This document shows positions 61,801 to 64,000 of a stretch of 64,000 nucleotides of DNA, one piece after another. This DNA is from Negaprion brevirostris (lineage: Eukaryota). The stretch covers positions 38,609,614 through 38,673,613 of the forward strand of contig JARDVH010000031.1 in the NCBI GenBank assembly GCA_030324005.1, read 5' to 3'. The notes below the pieces were generated by a model, which ran no database searches, had not been told where the DNA came from, and was given only the letters and a program-made list of their open reading frames with translations. Within the stretch, counting starts at the first letter, position 1; each line of letters begins with the position of its first letter. The translations under genes and the position numbers were made by a program.

Positions 61801-63990
61801 TTGTGGGGTATGTCGGAATTTGAAGGAGATTTACAAAAGAAAGTAGAAAGGAAGAGAAAGCGTCTGAGCCAAATGAGTATAAGCAAGAGGAATAAAAAAA
61901 TTGTACATAAGGTGTATGAAGAGAGGAAGCAGGGTAAAGGAGAAACAAAATGAAAACTTGAGTGGGTTCATGTAAGAAATGTCACAGAAAATAAACTAAT
62001 TGTTACAAATATGATGGTTATGGAATTGTTATGTACTGTACAAAGTCCTAAAGATGTGTTGAGACTGTCAAGTTATAAACAATTATGCTTTAAATTGCCC
62101 ATTTAATTCTGAGATATTGAGTTGGGTTCTAAAGGATAGATAATCAGTATTTCTACTGACGTAAAAGGTCCATGTGATTAATGTTGTCATGGATGTGCGT
62201 TTTGAGAGCTGAAGCTTTCTAAAATATCTCTGAGACACAGACCTGGCCAATCTCCCAGCATCCAGGAGAGAACAGCTGGAGGTCAAAACTACGCAGGGAT
62301 GCAGGTTGGAGTTCACCCTCAAATTGAAAAGACAAAATTTGGTAGGACTCACAAGGCTGAAAAATTCATCTAGTTTTAGATGCAGGGAGGAATCTCCATA
62401 AAACTCTCGTTGTGGAAGATAGTTTGGAATTAAAAGTTACCAGATTGGGAAAGGAAAAGAACAGAACTTAATCCAGAGAATCATTTTGAACAGCTTCCTG
62501 AAAAGTTGAATATATACATTGGGAATGATTTTGTTAAAATAAAAATGCCCACCATGCAGGAAAAATGAGATTTTCCCTTCTGTTTTTTGGGTGCAATTAG
62601 TCACATGAAGACAGGGGATTCACTGTGGTAGGTGTTGGTGGGGCCAAATCCCACCCGAGAGGCCAGCATCAGTGCATCAGCAGGAGGGAGATCGGCACAT
62701 GTGCACTGGCCCCCCAATGGCATCCCCAATATCTGAACCTCCCCCTGATTGTTGGCCTCCATGATCAAACCTGCACTACCCCATAGCCAGTCTGATCCCC
62801 ACAATGGCCAGCCTGAACCCCTGCTACCGTTAGCCTAACCACCATCCCCAATCGCCCAGGTCCCTTCTTCCCCCCGATCACTGTGGCACAGTGCGCAGTA
62901 GTAACTCCCTACCACCACCTGGACCGCCCCCTGTCTGCAACCCCCAGAACACCCTGTTCCCCTCAAGCCCCACTCCTTGGCCCAGTGAGCAATGCCAATG
63001 TGCTGCTGGGTAGTTCCAGGGTGTCAGGCTGGCACTGCCCAAGGGGCACCCTCCATGCAAACAAACTCCCAGGAGGACCTCAATGGCCTCTGCCCCCATC
63101 AGCAAGGCCACCATACATGGTCCCCGTTGATGGGGACCAGCTTTAATGCCCACTGGTAGGAACCTCCCCTGATGAGGTGGGAAACATTAACAAGCGTGGG
63201 TGATACCATCCCAGACTGGCTAATGACATGGAAATGAAGATTTAAATATTGTAATTTAAATATTGTAATCAGCCTCACGCTGTTCTCCCACATGAGTCTG
63301 ATTACACCATAAAAATTAGCCCAGGAAAGCCTCCCGCTTACATTTCTCAGCCCGTTGGGCTACTCATGTAGTGCAGTGGGCTGGGAGCATCGTGCCCACA
63401 AAGTATATCTGTGAAATTTTTCTTTCGATTTTGTTAAAGTAAAAGGGGAAACTCAATATTGTATTTTGAACTGTAGCTGTTTACAGAGTTGAGCCAGTCG
63501 TGCTTTTAGTTTGGTTATCACAGAAGTAGTCTTGGGACATGAAATCCCATTGTGACATCCTTTCGGCAATTCACTGGAAGTTCAACTTTATTTTGAAAAG
63601 TCAACAGCCTCTACAGTGATTGTACAATTAGTCTCCAATATACTTTTATCTGTCTGCCTCACAGATAAATACCTGTTCCTTAAATTATTTGTTATTACAT
63701 ATTTCATCAGCCAACTGAAAGCAGCATTTAAATAAAAAAGTTTTGGGATGTAACTGGAATTATGCAAAATGAATTAATGCTATGTAATTACATTTTTGGA
63801 CCAACCACATCATTAACTATAATGCAATCAAAATTTACAGAGTCTTACTCTCATTGTTTTTCCTCTCATTCCTGCATGCACAGTGAGTGAGCATTGCCGA
63901 GTTGTGCGGATGCTTTCCATGACAACACACAACACCGCACGCCGACTTCCTTTCATCTGGCGAACGAGACAATGTTCCACATCAATCTTT
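58554..63990 (-). CDS. PJVK: Pejvakin (DFNB59, gasdermin family), last four coding exons; 5' part lies beyond the window
   Basis: Exons 63990-63849, 60341-60224, 59696-59553, 58858-58554 in frame; [45 protein letters not shown]...[18 protein letters not shown]. Confidence 0.95.
59553..59696 (-). CDS. PJVK: PJVK penultimate exon (144 nt)
   Basis: tttag|AA CTT TGT GTT ACA ([14 protein letters not shown]...GSPFRS) G|gtacgt. Confidence 0.88.
60020..60160 (+). mobile_element. Penelope-tail short repeat
   Basis: gggtcatctggactcgaaatgtcagctc...cagatgctgccagacctg...tttcagattccagcatctgcagtaatttgctttt. Confidence 0.6.
60224..60341 (-). CDS. PJVK: PJVK internal exon (118 nt)
   Basis: tctag|TTT CAG...[29 protein letters not shown]|gtaggt. 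Confidence 0.92.
61408..61775 (+). mobile_element. tRNA-derived shark SINE carrying an 80-bp foreign insert
   Basis: ctgctgcctcataacgccagg...gggtttcctccaggtgctccagtttc...gaatggcctccttctgcactgtaggattctatga. Confidence 0.8.
62521..63398. mobile_element. GC-rich non-autonomous element with degenerate terminal inverted repeats
   Basis: gggaatgattt ... gcatcgtgccc termini around a GC-rich body within an AT-rich intron. Confidence 0.35.
63849..63990 (-). CDS. PJVK: PJVK internal exon (142 nt)
   Basis: ctcag|A AAG ATT GAT...[11 protein letters not shown]|gtaaga. Confidence 0.93.
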
Positions 63991-64000
63991 CTGAGGAGAT

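Noticed and set aside
1-64000. CRISPR arrays, rRNA/tRNA genes, prokaryotic operons
   Set aside because: None seen; the tRNA-like A/B boxes belong to SINE heads, and the window is intron-containing vertebrate DNA.

Overview
Vertebrate genomic DNA, most likely a shark (cartilaginous fish), judged from its repeat families; AT-rich, with many N gaps. It holds the conserved block TTN(+) / PLEKHA3(-) / FKBP7(+) / PJVK(-). Present are the last 10 titin exons (end of A-band, kinase, M-band, 3'UTR), the complete 8-exon PLEKHA3 (FAPP1), the complete 4-exon FKBP7 (sharing a ~0.5 kb bidirectional CpG promoter with PLEKHA3) and the last four coding exons of pejvakin. I placed exon boundaries by reading GT/AG sites and checking frame continuity. 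Introns and intergenic DNA contain CR1, Rex1/Babar and Penelope-like fragments, tRNA-derived SINEs and solo LTRs. Main observations: (1) this titin appears to lack M-band Ig domain M7 and the two introns that accompany it in mammals; (2) the titin kinase lacks the autoinhibitory Tyr170; (3) a diverged copy of the start of PJVK's last exon, with an intact acceptor, lies downstream of the gene; (4) a full-length U2-snRNA-like element and a three-copy hairpin repeat lie in FKBP7 introns; (5) an 80-bp locally templated insertion sits inside a SINE. Human comparisons are from memory and need alignment. No prokaryotic-type system (CRISPR etc.) is present.
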